Origin: Eledone cirrhosa
Taxonomy: Eukaryota
Assembly: GCA_964016885.1 (NCBI GenBank)
Contig: OZ024742.1
Span: 194,866,001-194,930,000, forward strand
Direction of reading: 5' to 3'
Length of the DNA: 64,000 nucleotides
The translations under genes and the position numbers were made by a program. Of this stretch, positions 44,600 through 58,530 are shown piece after piece. How positions within the stretch are numbered: the stretch's first letter is position 1; each line of letters opens with the position of its first letter. The notes under the pieces were generated by a model, which had not been told where the DNA came from, made no database searches, and was given only the letters and a program-made list of their open reading frames with translations.

Positions 44600-44880
44600 T
44601 CTCCGTCTCTCTCGCCCTCTCCATCTCTCTGTATTATGAGCAAATGGGACCCACGTGCTGACCGCCCCACAGCCCCGGAGAACAGAATGGAGAAGGCGTT
44701 TCCGCGAAGGATGGTGTGGGAGAGCCATTTCATCTCGCGAGTCTCACACCTGCGGCTGGCCAGCTCAGCGCCTATGGTGGTAAGTACGGAGGTAGCCCTT
44801 GGGCCAAGGACACAAGAAGTCTCCACTGCTAAGGGCACGACCGCAAATCTGTCGGAGAGTGACCGGAAGGATGGAAACTA
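44600..44880 (-). mobile_element. 3' fragment of an RLE-type (CRE-like) non-LTR retrotransposon
   Basis: FAVVPLAVETSCVLGPRA..VLTTIGAELA...REMKWLS..ILRGNAFSIL matches the PxAxET-G-xG...QRGNA end of restriction-like endonuclease domains. Confidence 0.65.
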
Positions 44881-46254
44881 ATAATCATAGGTGTTACATC
44901 GTTCACACAAGCACGGCCTTTTCACATTGGTTAACGATGCGCTTAGAACAAGGATTTATCGCACATTTCCATAGATTAAATGAAAAAACAAATCGATAGG
45001 ACTACATTATAGATAAGACTACATTAGTCGAACACATTACAGTTCTACATAGAATCACACATAAAATACGTCGGGGAACTATTGTGGTTCTGCTAATATC
45101 AGAATATAAAAGAAAAATGAACACGACGATACACTTTACACGAAACAAATTACATTAACTTATGTGCTTCAACCGTTGAGAAATTTCCTATCACTCCCAT
45201 GATTGTATGCAACCACTGCAATTCACATGACCTATATGCTACAAGTATGAGCACTTTGATTCTGACGAGGGAGCCGAGAAGACTGCAAAGCGTTCAAACT
45301 AAATATAAAGAATTTATGAGGAAATATGAAGTATCGTTTATGATAATGATCGAAGTGAATCACAGTCATGGTTTCAATGTAACATGAATGAAAACAACGA
45401 TTTCTGTAATATCAGCATCTTTTTTTAATATTATTTTTATAGATAGATAGATAGATATTTAAACGGACTCTCTGAAACATTTGATGCACCTGCGTGATTC
45501 TTTCTGGTTCTATTTGACTTTCTTATCTTGTTCTGAGTTTTTACCTTTATAGATTAGAGTTTATCAGGTTTTTATATTGAATATTGAATGTTACATTTTA
45601 TAACTACGTTACATTTTATCCGATTTTTATTTTACTTAATTTTTTTAATTTTATTTTATTCTAGTGCATTTTATTTTTATTATATTATATTTTATTTTAT
45701 TTTTTAAATATAAGTTGTGTACACCTTACCCTGTAATTTACTTGTTATATTATACTGCATATGTGATATAAATTTCTAATACTACATGTCTCGTATACCA
45801 TAGCTTCAACCTAGTATTAATTATTATCAATCATTAATTGATTTTCACAACCTCATTTACTTATTTACTATCCATTAATTAAATATATATTTACCCCCCT
45901 CCCCGCCACACACACACACACACACATTATTTATCTCTTAACATTTCATATAGTTCTTTTGTATGTAATTGCTAAATAGCTACACTAGGGACATGCATTA
46001 ACCTATTGTAAAATTTACTCTTAATCTACACCTTAGTTTTCTATATTTTTATATTTTCCGTATTCTTCATATTTTATTTCTTTGTAAATAATGTTATAAT
46101 TCATATGATATTCCCTATGTAGCCTGATATATTCGACTCAATAGTAGCTGCTGAATAATTCAATCTTTTTATCTTCAATTTTATCTTCAACAATTTACTA
46201 GTATTTTTTATCCACACTACGTAATTTTATCAACATTATCATTAACATTATATA

Positions 46255-46835
46255 GGACGGTAAATTGGTAGTATCGGTAGAGGGCCGGACGCCTTGCTTT
46301 GACGCATAAAGTTACGGCCCTTGCCATTCTGAGTTCAAATCCCGCTGAGGTTAACTTTGCTTTTCATCCTTACGGGGTCGATAAAATAAAGTACCAGTAA
46401 TGTACTGGTTGGTTGCTGGCCTTGTGCCAATAGTAGAAACAATTATTTAGGACGGTAAAGGGCGGTGAATTGGCAGTATCGGTAGGGGGTTCGACGTCAT
46501 GATTTGCAGCATAGAGTTACAGGTTTCTATGATCTTAGTTCAAATCCCGCCGAGGTTAACTTTGCCTTTCATCCTTACGGGGTCGATAAAATAAAGCACC
46601 AGTAATATACTGGGATAATTAGTGGCATTGTGCCAAAAGTAGAAACAATTATCGTTAGCATTACTATTATTAGTATAACTCTATGCTTGGCAGCATAGAG
46701 TTATGACCCTTTGCGTTCTGAGTTCTAATCCAGCCGAAGTAAACTTTGCCTTTCATCCATACGGGGTAGATAAAATAAAGCACCAGTAATGTACTGGGAT
46801 AATTGCTGGCCTTGTGCCGAAAGTAGAAACAATTA
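46255..46835 (+). mobile_element. Head-to-tail array of three SINE family 1 copies
   Basis: The unit repeats at ~46255, ~46450 and ~46685 (the last is 5'-truncated), each ending gtagaaacaattat. An opposite-strand fragment follows at ~46935-47000. Confidence 0.85.
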
Positions 46836-47875
46836 TTAGCATTATTTGGTACGCGCTACCGGGCAACTGGCCAGTTGATGACTCTCTGAGTTATTCGTTC
46901 GACGCTAGATTTTGATGCTTGGAATTAATTAATTAACTGTTTCTACGTTAGGCACAAAGCCAGCAATAACTTAGTGCATTACTGGTACTTTATTTTTAAT
47001 TAACTTCACCTTCTAACAGGGGTGGGGAGGGTTATTGCGTCAGTTACACAAGAGCCCCATGCCGCTTTTCCTTTTTCTTTACAATACAAGCACCCACATA
47101 TAAACATGAACGAGATTACTTACCCTTTAATCAATGACCTTTAATGAATCACTTAATTTATCTCTTCTTGTTGTATTTTTCGTAATTAATTTTCTTAATA
47201 TATTTAAAGTGAAATACAACCCTCAGTTTTATGATTTTTACACTTTTATAGAACTCATCACCTTTAACCTTCTTCACTACCTACGCTACTCCGGTTTTCG
47301 GCCAAGCTCTAATGACAAAGAGTTCTTTTACCGCAAACATTTATAGCAGCAGATCGTTTGGTTTTGAATTAGCAGAGTAATAATATCTATGAACACCACA
47401 GTTTCTGTCGCCACCAAACAACCATCACCTGACTGGTAGCGCCTAACACACCTACAATGCTTAGCATTGACGAGTGTCTTATTCAGAGATGGCTCACGGA
47501 AACAATAACACCGGATTTGGTTAGCCATATCTGGATCAAGTATATATACGCTGTTTATATTTGCACTAGTTCCTTTTATTGATTAACTAATTATGCAATC
47601 CGGACCTGACGACGTCACCAAGGTATTGCGTCATGATCGGATGATGTAACTTGACCAATGAAAAATGTATAGCGTCTTTTACAACATTATACTTTAAAAG
47701 GTCGATAAAATAAAGTACCAGTAATGTACTGGGTAATTGCTGGCCTTGTGCCTAAAGTAGAAACAATTATACTTTAAAAGGATAACATCAACCTTGCATT
47801 CTAATGTTTTAAATAAGTGAATATATATATACATATGTATACGTATATATATGTATATATATATATATATATATA

Positions 47876-48828
47876 AATGTAAGTATGTATGTACGTATAC
47901 GTACATACATATATGTATACAGACGTACAGTAGTATGTATATATATACATACATGTACACATATATATATGCACGTATCGGTTTACCGAACATTTATTAT
48001 AATGCTCGGTTTGTTTGTTTGTAAACAAACAAAGAGACCGAATTACGCCGTACAGTGTTTAGGCAACCACGTCACCTTTTTGTTCAACACTGACACAGGA
48101 ACGATGTACTAGTTTCAAGCTTATTAGCTATCATCAGCATCGTATACCTTCCTGCCAGATGGTTGAACGTCTGAAAGTATATACTTTCCTTATGCATATT
48201 AACCGCTGAGCAGCCTAATTTGCATATCGAGTGAGTTCAGTCGGCTAGGCGCAATGTAAGTATGTATGTACGTATACGTACATACATATATGTATACAGA
48301 TGTACAGTAGTATGTATATATATACATACATGTACACATATATATATATGCACGTATCGCTTTACCGAACATTTATTATAATGCTCGGTTTGTTTGTTGT
48401 AAACAAACAAACAGCCCGAATTACGCTGCAAATTAGGCTGCTCGGCCGTTAATATGCATAAGGAAATATATACTTTCAGACGTTCAACCATCTGGCAGGA
48501 AGGTATACGGTGCTGACGATATCTAATAAGCTTGAAACTAGTACATCGTTCCTGTGTCAGTGTTGAACAAAAAGGTGACGTGGTTGCCTAAACACTGTAC
48601 GGCGTAATTCGGGCTGTTTGTTTGTTTACAAACAAACAAACAGAGCATTATAATAAATGTTCGGTAAACCGATACGTGCATATATATATGTGTGTACATG
48701 TATGTATATATATACATAGTACTGTACATCTATATACATATATGTATGTACGTATACATACATACATACTTACATTTAAGTAAGTGCCGTACTAAGAGTG
48801 AGAAATGAAATTTCGTTTCATTCTATTC

Positions 48829-48830
<2 letters not shown>
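47876..48830. mobile_element. Large compound foldback element with hammerheads on both arms (48101-48143 -, 48507-48549 +)
   Basis: 47876-48225 is the reverse complement of ~48428-48775, with an internal partial direct repeat. Minus arm: ACGATG-CTGATGA-t-AGCT-aata-AGCT-t-GAAA-CTAG-TA-CATCGT. Family also at 19260-19470, 52850-52900 and 61380-62535. Confidence 0.85.
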
Positions 48831-48926
<96 letters not shown>

Positions 48927-49018
48927 AAGTGAGAGTGAGAGAGATACATAGATAAATAGATTATATATATAGTGAAATAAAATAAGAAAGACGATTGGCT
49001 ACTCCTTCATTACGTTTA

Positions 49019-50085
49019 CTAGCAGAAAACCGCCCTCGCGCGGTTTTCTGCTAGCATATGTTGTGTGCATATATATCCAAATATATATGCACATATATAT
49101 AATACGTAAATTGACAATATGCACATAAACTGAACCATGACTGTGTTACATTACTTCTGTAATCAGTAAAGTAATCCAAGATACATTTTTAAAAAAAGGC
49201 GATAATGGAGATGGAAAAGCGATGAAACTGGTGACGGAAAATGTTCATGAATTTTCACTTGAGAATGTCGAACGGAAGCTTCAAGCTGTGAATTTGAAAA
49301 TCGATGCTGCTGGTATGAATTAATGAATTACATTTACCAATATAAAGAGTTGACCTTCGCTATATTGTTGTTTTACTGTATTCACATGTAGATTTCTTAA
49401 GTTTTTGTAGTGTCCCTTTTCTAGCAGTTAAAAAGAAACTGAAAAGCATTTCAACTAAAAGGGAGTGATAGCTATTTCACATCACTGTAGAATGTCTTTG
49501 TAGACACAGTTGTCAGCAAACAGACCCCTTTCATTTAATATTATTATATTTTCTTTTTTTTGTAAATCGTGATAATACAACATACATCTGACAATGTGAG
49601 AAGAATTGTGTTGGTAGATATACACCTACCTTTTCAAATGTCTGCCCTTGTGCCTGCCTTGTTGCATGTAAGGACAAAGGCTGGTTTGACAGGAAATTGC
49701 TTGCGAGTAAAGGTGAAAGAGAACTCAAGCTCCTGAGATACATGTGGTATCCATGGGATTAGCAACCTTGTTCCAGCATTGGGACCCAATGCCACTTCAG
49801 CTTCAATTACATGATTATGTAAACTGATGATGATGTACCGTGTACCATTGCAATGCCCGTTTAGAGGATCCAGATTTCTCAGAAGCATGATGCAACTGCC
49901 TTTCTTCAGTTTAAGTATGTGTTGGGAAGCCTGATGGGGTAAGTTTGTTGATGAACTCAATTGGATATTACAGTTCATTATCTACTGTATCAGAGCTTCT
50001 GTAGATTATGTCATGACCAGGGAACTTGTTGACCATGAACTCATTCACCAATCTTGCTGCATCATTTTTTGCCTTACCACAGCGT
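49019..50085 (-). mobile_element. Helitron 3' portion: decayed PIF1-like helicase C-terminus plus terminal hairpin-CTAG
   Basis: LKLKKGSCIMLLRNLDPLNGHCNGTRY...RKQFPVKPAFVLTCNK(AQGQTFEKVGVYL...FSHCQMYVVLSR). The minus strand ends aaaaccgc-gcgagg-gcggtttt-ctgCTAG|T. Confidence 0.88.
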
Positions 50086-50305
50086 CCCTCATCTCAGTAC
50101 CTTTGTCTTCTCTAATATGTAACCCATTGTAAGATCTGATCTTGTAAGTATCATGTCGCACCCACCACCACCATCAAACACATCGCTATACATCCACAAC
50201 CATTAACATCACGAAAACATTACACTCCTAACATCCCATTCTAAATTGCGCATGTGTGTGTGTGTCTGTGTGTACGTATGTTTGTGCAATAGCTCTCCCC
50301 ACTGG

Positions 50306-50383
<78 letters not shown>

Positions 50384-50802
50384 GTGTATGTATATAATGT
50401 TTTTCAGGCTGCGGGTATATATGTATCTATATGCTTTTACATACACTCAGAACATTAACTCCTTATAGTATGAGGCCCCTTAACAATCCACTACAACACA
50501 TATCACCCCACCCTAAACACCGCAACCTTTCATCCTTATCATAAACCACAACACCACCACACCCACACCACATACAAAAATCAGCCACATCTACATACCA
50601 AACTGTTTACCGACAACCAGCACCCCCATGCCACCCACTTCAACCTACGACCGACACCACCAACTTATCACCACATACAATACAGGCAAAAAACATCCCT
50701 ATGAATTAATCCACCAATCAAAACAAACTTCACTAACCACCATAGGAACATCAGACTTCATCATACGGCATGTATATTCATTTTTCCATTACCATTACAA
50801 GA

Positions 50803-50887
50803 GGTCTGACGAGCTGCGGATTACAGAGTCGGGTCAGATCGATACAGATCGAACCTTGAACTGTTCAGTGGCGAAACGTGCGTCACC
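50803..50887 (+). ncRNA. Type I hammerhead motif with a long stem II, in a PLE-like 3' end adjoining (TA)n
   Basis: GGT-CTGACGA-GC...(~56 nt)...GC-GAAAC-gtgc-GTC-ACC, followed by aataaa. Confidence 0.6.
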
Positions 50888-51058
50888 AACCAATAAACAT
50901 AATGAAGGTGTAACCAATCGTCCTTGTTATTTTATTTCACTATAATACACTCTGTCTAACTCTACACTTCGACACTGACGTGAACCTAAACATCGAGTGC
51001 TCACCCGGGTGAACATACAGTAACTCCAAGTTATACTCCCTGTATATATATATATATA

Positions 51059-51147
<89 letters not shown>

Positions 51148-51179
51148 AAAATGTGTAGTTTCAGATGTTAAAGCACTTT

Positions 51180-51945
51180 ACTTTTCTTTAATCCGACAAA
51201 ATGAATAATTTTGTAATTATCGCATTAAATATAACCTGTTTCGACTGGTATAACAATCTTATTAAATACTGGGCGTTAAATATTGAATATTAAAAAAAAT
51301 AATTTATATACATATATATGTATAAATATATATGTGTGTATATATATATATTACGGTAAATATTGATGCACTTCAATTCAAGCACTCGACGCATTTTTTC
51401 CACATAGGAAAAACGGAGTATATTTAGAATGAGAAAATGCGAAGTAGTTTCAGATGTTAAAGTCCTTTATTGGTAATGCTGTGATATATATTTCAATGAC
51501 GACAGTGGCCACATCGTTCTGTGTACCCAGTGTCATGACATCATCAGACAGCTTCTTATATAATAAGAATATAAGCTGTCTGATGATGTCACGGCACTGG
51601 GTACACAGAATCGTGTGGCCACTGTCGTCATTGAAATATGTATCACAGCATTACCAATAAAGGACTTTAACATCTGAAACTACTTCGCATTTTCTCATTC
51701 TAAATATACTCTATCATTCCTATGTGGAAAAAATGCTTCGAGTGCTTGAATTGAAGTGCATCAATATTTACCGTAATATATATATATACGGACATATATA
51801 TTTATACATGTATATGTATATAAATAATTTTTTTTAATATTCAATATTAAACGCCGAATATTTAATAAGATTGTTATACCAATCGAAACAGGTTATATTT
51901 AATGCGATAATTACAAAATTATTCATTCTGTCGGACTAAAGAAAA
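51180..51945. mobile_element. ~760 bp foldback (~375 bp arms) with hammerheads facing outward from the apex (51478-51552 -, 51575-51649 +)
   Basis: + arm: GCTGT-CTGATGA-tgtcacggca...tgtcgtcatt-GAAA-tatgta-TC-ACAGC. The arms differ at many positions, so this is not a read artefact. Confidence 0.85.
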
Positions 51946-52018
51946 ATATTTAAATATACTTCTGTGCATTTAAATTGTTAACTATATATTGTATCAATTT
52001 TTAAATATATATTCTATG

Positions 52019-52148
<130 letters not shown>

Positions 52149-52734
52149 TTGGAGTGAAATTTTAGTAAGTAAGTTAATTTTTATAATTTTCTTATTTTAC
52201 GTCTTTCATATAATTGTTCTTCATCCCCTTGCATTGAACCACAAAGTTACTAAGACAAAACCTATATATTTGCTAGCATAGGTATGCATCTGTATATATA
52301 TGTTGATAGATATACTAATTCTTTATAATTATCTCCAAATTATTTTGTTGAGCAAAAATTTGCCAAAACTACTATTATGATTCATAGTAATAGTCAGGCT
52401 ACTGTCTTATTTCACCCCACTCCTCACTGATTAACCTCGATGTCACGTGATTTATTCTTTTGAATTTGCCACCGACCAAGTAGGCAGTGATTTTTTCAAT
52501 GTCCTGGAATTTAGTCCTCGCTTGCTTTTTTCCATCCACTGAATTATTTTTGTATAAGTTCCCTGTGTCCACGCATTGCCTGGGAACATAGCTGAGAATA
52601 GACTTCCTGATGACGAAAGGATTTTATCCATGTTGTTCCGTTCGGAAACCATGTTTATTCCCTTTCAGAAACTAATTAGTTGGAGTGAAATTTTAGTAAG
52701 CAAGTTAATTTTTATAATTTTCTTATTTTACGTA

Positions 52735-52848
<114 letters not shown>

Positions 52849-52911
52849 GTATATACATACTACTACACGTCTGTATACATATGTGTATGTACGTATACAT
52901 ACTTGTACATA

Positions 52912-53003
<92 letters not shown>

Positions 53004-53132
53004 CGACATTTTTCCATATATCTCATATAATACAGTATAACTCTATGATTACGTATTGAGGGCGTCTTCTTTAGTGATTACAACCATACATTCGGGTAAC
53101 ACACACAAACACATATATATAATATATACATG

Positions 53133-53266
<134 letters not shown>

Positions 53267-53289
53267 CGTGTGTGTGTGTAGGATAACAA

Positions 53290-56200
53290 TAAATTGTCTA
53301 TAAATTGATAGATACTGGAGAAGTACAACTCAATTTACAATACATTTACGTTCGACCATTTCATCAGAGAACATAAGAAATATAAAATATATGCGTAACG
53401 GTATATTTAAAGATTCAAATTACTATATCAATAATATTATTAATGATAAATAAATAAAAGAAGGGGGATAGATGGAAATGAGAGAGAAAGAAATAAAGAA
53501 GGAAGGAAGATATAGTTAAATGTATAACCGGCAAAATTACGAAATCAACCTATCATATTAAAATAAATATAACATTAATAATAATAAAGATATATATAGA
53601 GAAAGAGAGAAGGGGAAATGTAGCATAGGCAAAGAGGAAGGATAAATAAGGAAGATGAGAAAGAAATAGAGGAAGATTAAAAGAGAAGTGGTAGTAGAAA
53701 TTAATCCTGAATATAGGGATATGAGGAAGAGAGACAAAAAAAATAAACATACGAATAGGAAGAAGAGTGAGACAAGAAAATAAATATACGGACGAATATA
53801 GATTACTATGTAAAATAGCTAGTTTGAGGTGTATTATATTATAAGAAAAAATGAACGAAATGAAATATGTTTAAGCGGAGAAATATAAAGATAAGTGTTG
53901 AAAGATGTATATATATAAGATAATAAATGATACAAATACAAATAAAAATAAAAATAAAAATAAATATGTTAATACAAATGTTTTTAGGTTATTCCTACGT
54001 AATTATGAAGTTTGTGATAATTTGATATCGTAATAAGTGCTAAAAGTATAAAAAGGAATTAAAAATGGAGTTAAGTGGGTCTAAATTTCAGGAACTTCGT
54101 TGCTGATTTATGCCGGCAGAATATAGTTCGCTCAATTCTACTGTTAAGAAGGGTTTTACTAAAATTAAGAATTTGGAAGAGCTCCATATTACAGAGTCTA
54201 CAATAGGACATACCAGTTTGATAGGCTTTAGCAGCTGACAGTATTTTCCAGCTGATCTCGTATTTAGTGCCTGCATTTTTAAGTTGCCAAGTTTTATTGG
54301 CAAGTGTTGTTGTATTTGATTGGTTCTTATTAATCATAGAATGTCTGTGCACGTACCACCCTTTTTGGAAAACATCAGCTGTGGAACCAATGTAATACCA
54401 TGCCAAGCTACCTGAGTTGATAGTACACAAGTATACTACGTTTTTCTCAAGACATCTGTTTAGTAAAGGGCAATTGTCAGTTAGGTGGCAATTGCAGAGA
54501 AATGCTTTCCTATGTGCCGGTTCTACTATATGATTTTGAAGATTGTTATGTATGGGCTGCGAATTATGCTTGTTGATGTATTGTGGAGGTATTCTTTGGC
54601 GTGTATTTGGTTGCGATGATGTAATATGCAGTTGGCGTGTGTTTGGTTGCAATGATGTAATATGTGTGTGTTTTGTATTTGGTGATATGGAACTTATATG
54701 GGGACTATTTAGATTATGAATTCTTATGTAGTTAATTTTATGAATGTGCGATTCTATGTTGTTAGCAGTGGAATATGATAGTTTGATAGTTTTTCTATTA
54801 AAGATTTTATGATATTTATGTATCTTAAGGAAGTGTTGTTCAACTAATTTAAAGAAAGTGAGAGGAAGCTTAGTTTTAATAGAGGAGTTAAACATTGGAT
54901 TAAACCATAAGTAGTTTCTATTTCTGCATTTTCTATGTCCGCTAGTGGAATTAGTATTATTATTTTGTTTATTTAAATTAGGTATATGGTGCCTAATTAT
55001 GCGTTTAGATCTAGGTTTGTTGATTTTATGGTTGTGGGAAGTATCGTTAACATTAGGTGTGGTGTTATGTTTTGTATCAAGTATGTATTTGAGTTGTTTT
55101 TATGGCCTGATTTAAGTAAAGCTAAGTTATAGTAGCTAGTGTGTTCATTAACAATATCATGGTTAGAGGATAGGCGTGAGATTCTAAGGGATATACCATG
55201 CGCTATGGAATTAATTATGGACCAAGGATGGTTCGAGTTATAGTCAATGTAAGCTAAATTTTCATTATTTTCATGGAAGGGTTCTATTAGTCCTGAGTTA
55301 AGGTTAAATGATACGTCCAAGAAGTTGACTTTTTTAGAGTTGGGTTCGAAAGTAATGCTAAGGCCTAAGTTATTAAAGAATTTTCTAATCTGCTTCCTTA
55401 ATCTTTCTAAGTTTTGGCTATTTACGTTTTTAGCTAAAAGTAGAGTATCATCTCTATAGATTCCACCTTGTAAGTTACCAAATTCTTTATGTAAGAAATA
55501 TGCTATATAAATTCCAACCAAGTCTGTGATCTGGGCTGAGTCAATCGATCCCATAGTAATATCGAAGTTATTCAATCTATTTTTTCTCTCCCAGTAGGTG
55601 TTGTCGAATTTAATGATAGTTCGTCTAGCGGTTAGTATTATTTTAATTTCATCTGCTGAAAGATCCGAATGGGTGGCTGGGGAGATAGAAGAGTAGTAGT
55701 CATTTATGTCAAATTATATAACGTCGGACGATTCTTTATTGTCTAATGATTTGAACCAGTCTATTGCTTCACTTGTGTTACCCCAGAGCTTGATAGTTAG
55801 TTGTTTCTCAATTTGTGGTAATATTCTATCTAGTATAAACTTACTAATTCTGCCTATATCTGATTTTGAAGGACAAATCAATCTAATAGTAGGGATGGTT
55901 TCGAAGTTACATTTATGATCCTTCAGATTAAAAGTGGGTTCACAAGGTGTAAGAGGCTCGGTTCTATCGGATATTTTAAGTTTATTTACTATGTTAAGAA
56001 CTTCTATATTAATGCTGTTGAGTGTAGACTCAGTGGTTTGCTTGTATTTTTTATGTAATTCGCGGCGTATAAAATTGTTGTATGTATACATTAGATATTT
56101 TATCTGCTTTTACAATGATTCCATTAGTGGCACGTAATCTTCTTATAAGTACATTGATGTTGTTCTGCAGTTTGTTGTGGTGGGTTTAGCATGTTCATGA

Positions 56201-56570
56201 GATCAAGTTCAAAGGCATCAAGATGTGGATTGCCTGGTGGATTTTTGCAGGATTTGAATCCAAATTTTTCGCTGGTAGATCCATTAATTTGATAACTATT
56301 ATATTGTCCTTTATCGTAATGATATGCTTTCCATCTGATTCTACGGATAAAGTCATTAGTTCTTTGTATCATACTGAGCATCATCCCTTCCTTTATTTAT
56401 TTATTTATCATTATTAATATTATTGATATAGTAATTTGAATTTTTAAATTTACCGTTACGCATATATTTTATATTTCTTAATGTTCTCTGATGAAATGGT
56501 CAAACTTAAATGTATTGTAAATTGAGTTGGACTTCTCCAGTATCTGGCAATTTATAGACAATTGTATCAT
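53290..56570 (-). mobile_element. Near full-length Penelope-like element (RT + C-terminal GIY-YIG, frameshifted) with inverted terminal ~120 bp pLTR segments, inserted in microsatellite
   Basis: FIRRIRWKAYHY; LKDHKCNF..PTIRLICPSKSDIGRISK; FDITMGSIDSAQITDLVG...GGIYRDD...VNFLDV...YIDYNSNHP; CNCHLTDNCPLLNRCLEKNVVY...YYIGST...CRLCNME...CRH. 53290-53410 is the reverse complement of 56440-56565. Confidence 0.92.
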
Positions 56571-56634
56571 GGAAACAATTGTAAGACTGTAAATAAATTC
56601 CCTTGTGTGTACTTATGTTATTCTTAACTTTTAT

Positions 56635-56762
<128 letters not shown>

Positions 56763-58193
56763 TACAGGACTCAATTAAAAGGATAAATCGAGATATACAA
56801 ACCTACAATAACTATCACGTATCCAGACACCTTACGGGTAGAACTGTTTCGCAAATCTGTGAAGAGAAATACGAGTCCGATACTTGTCAATGGATACTAA
56901 CGACCAGTAAACTCCTCACTACTAAATTTCTTAGAAGACTAAATAACGCACATATGTTAAGAAAGAAAGAACATGGCTATCCTGTGCCAGTCGGATTGAA
57001 TAGAACGTAAGGTTATTAGAAAAAACGGCACCCACAACCATCTGATATATTAAAAGCTCTACAAAAGCAATAGGAGCTCAATTTATCAAAAATATACAGT
57101 CCCTTATAATCAAATTAGCTCAAGGAAAAAAGTTTTCCGAGCCTTATAACATAGTAAAAAGAGACCAACACGGATATATAACTATATGGGTTCAAATCAC
57201 AAGGGATAGAAATCGTCGGGGTGAAGTATTTTCTTCACCATGGCGGTTTCTGTCCCTTAAATTTAACTTAAATCTGCATTCAAAATAACTCATCTCCGAT
57301 CCATCTTTTAACTCTCTTATAAGGACACTCTCTTGATAATAGTGATTTAAACCCGAAAATATTTGGCATTATTAAATTTGCTAAGGTAATATTCTTTTTA
57401 ATTTCCTTTCTATTGCATTGTATGGTTTTCAAAATTATTAAAATTTTTATATATATATATATATATTTATAATAGGTTCGAAATTCATGCTTATGTAATA
57501 TTTGATGAGATACTTAATGCTACCAAAGATTATGTATATATATTTAAGTGTTAAATATACATAACACAATATATTTAATATCAAGAATTTTTGTGGATGG
57601 GATATATATTCCTTAAAATATAAGAAAACAAATTATTTTCACTTAATTTCGCTTGGATTTTCATTTTATATTCTTTTATATTTCAGAGCATGCCTGAATG
57701 GGATTCATTTTTTAATATATTTCTCATAATGAAAAGTAATTTAAATAGAATAAATAAAGCAATGTTCAAAAATATAAAATAATATCGCATATCTAATAGA
57801 GAGCAGAGGGCTTCCAAGTGTATACTATATTTATTTGTGTGAATATAAATAAATAAATATATATATATATATGTACGTGTGTGTCTGTGTGTGTGTGTGT
57901 TTATACATATGTATATATATATATATATAAACACAGATAGATTGATAGATAGATATATAGATCTGTATATATATATATATATATATAAATATATATATAT
58001 GTGGTTCTACATTCATGCATACATACATATAATCATACATACATACATACATACATACATACATACATAACTGTACATTATTGGTCCTGAAGCGTATATT
58101 AATGTTTGCCAATGTAAGCAGAAAATAAGAGTAAGAATTTCATGACGTTGACATTTTTCTAGAGTATGTATGTATACATAAATATATACATAT

Positions 58194-58288
<95 letters not shown>

Positions 58289-58337
58289 CGCGCGCGCGTG
58301 GGGGGGTCAAAAAACAAATATCATTATCACATATATA

Positions 58338-58530
58338 AAGGCGGTGGATTGGCAGTATCAGTAGAGGGTCGGACGCCAAGCTTTGACACATAGAGTTACG
58401 GCCCTTGCCATTCTCAGTTCAAATCCCGCCGGGGTTAACTTTGCCTTTAATCCTTACGGGGTCGAAAAAATAAATTACCAGTAATGCACTGGGTAATTGC
58501 TGGCCTTGTGCCAAAAGTAGAAACAATTAT
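58338..58530 (+). mobile_element. tRNA-derived SINE (family 1)
   Basis: Full unit ggcggtggattggcagtatcagtagag...gttcaaatcccgcc...gtagaaacaattat. Confidence 0.85.

Noticed and set aside
46255-46835. Regularly spaced repeats superficially like a CRISPR array or tRNA cluster
   Set aside because: The units are ~190-bp SINE copies with tRNA-like heads, there are no unique spacers or full cloverleaf, and the context is eukaryotic.
52452-52652. 66-aa non-repetitive minus-strand ORF ([10 protein letters not shown]...) flanked by a ~60 bp direct repeat (52145/52675)
   Set aside because: No recognisable domain, convincing acceptor or partner exon. It cannot be supported without RNA-seq or homology search.
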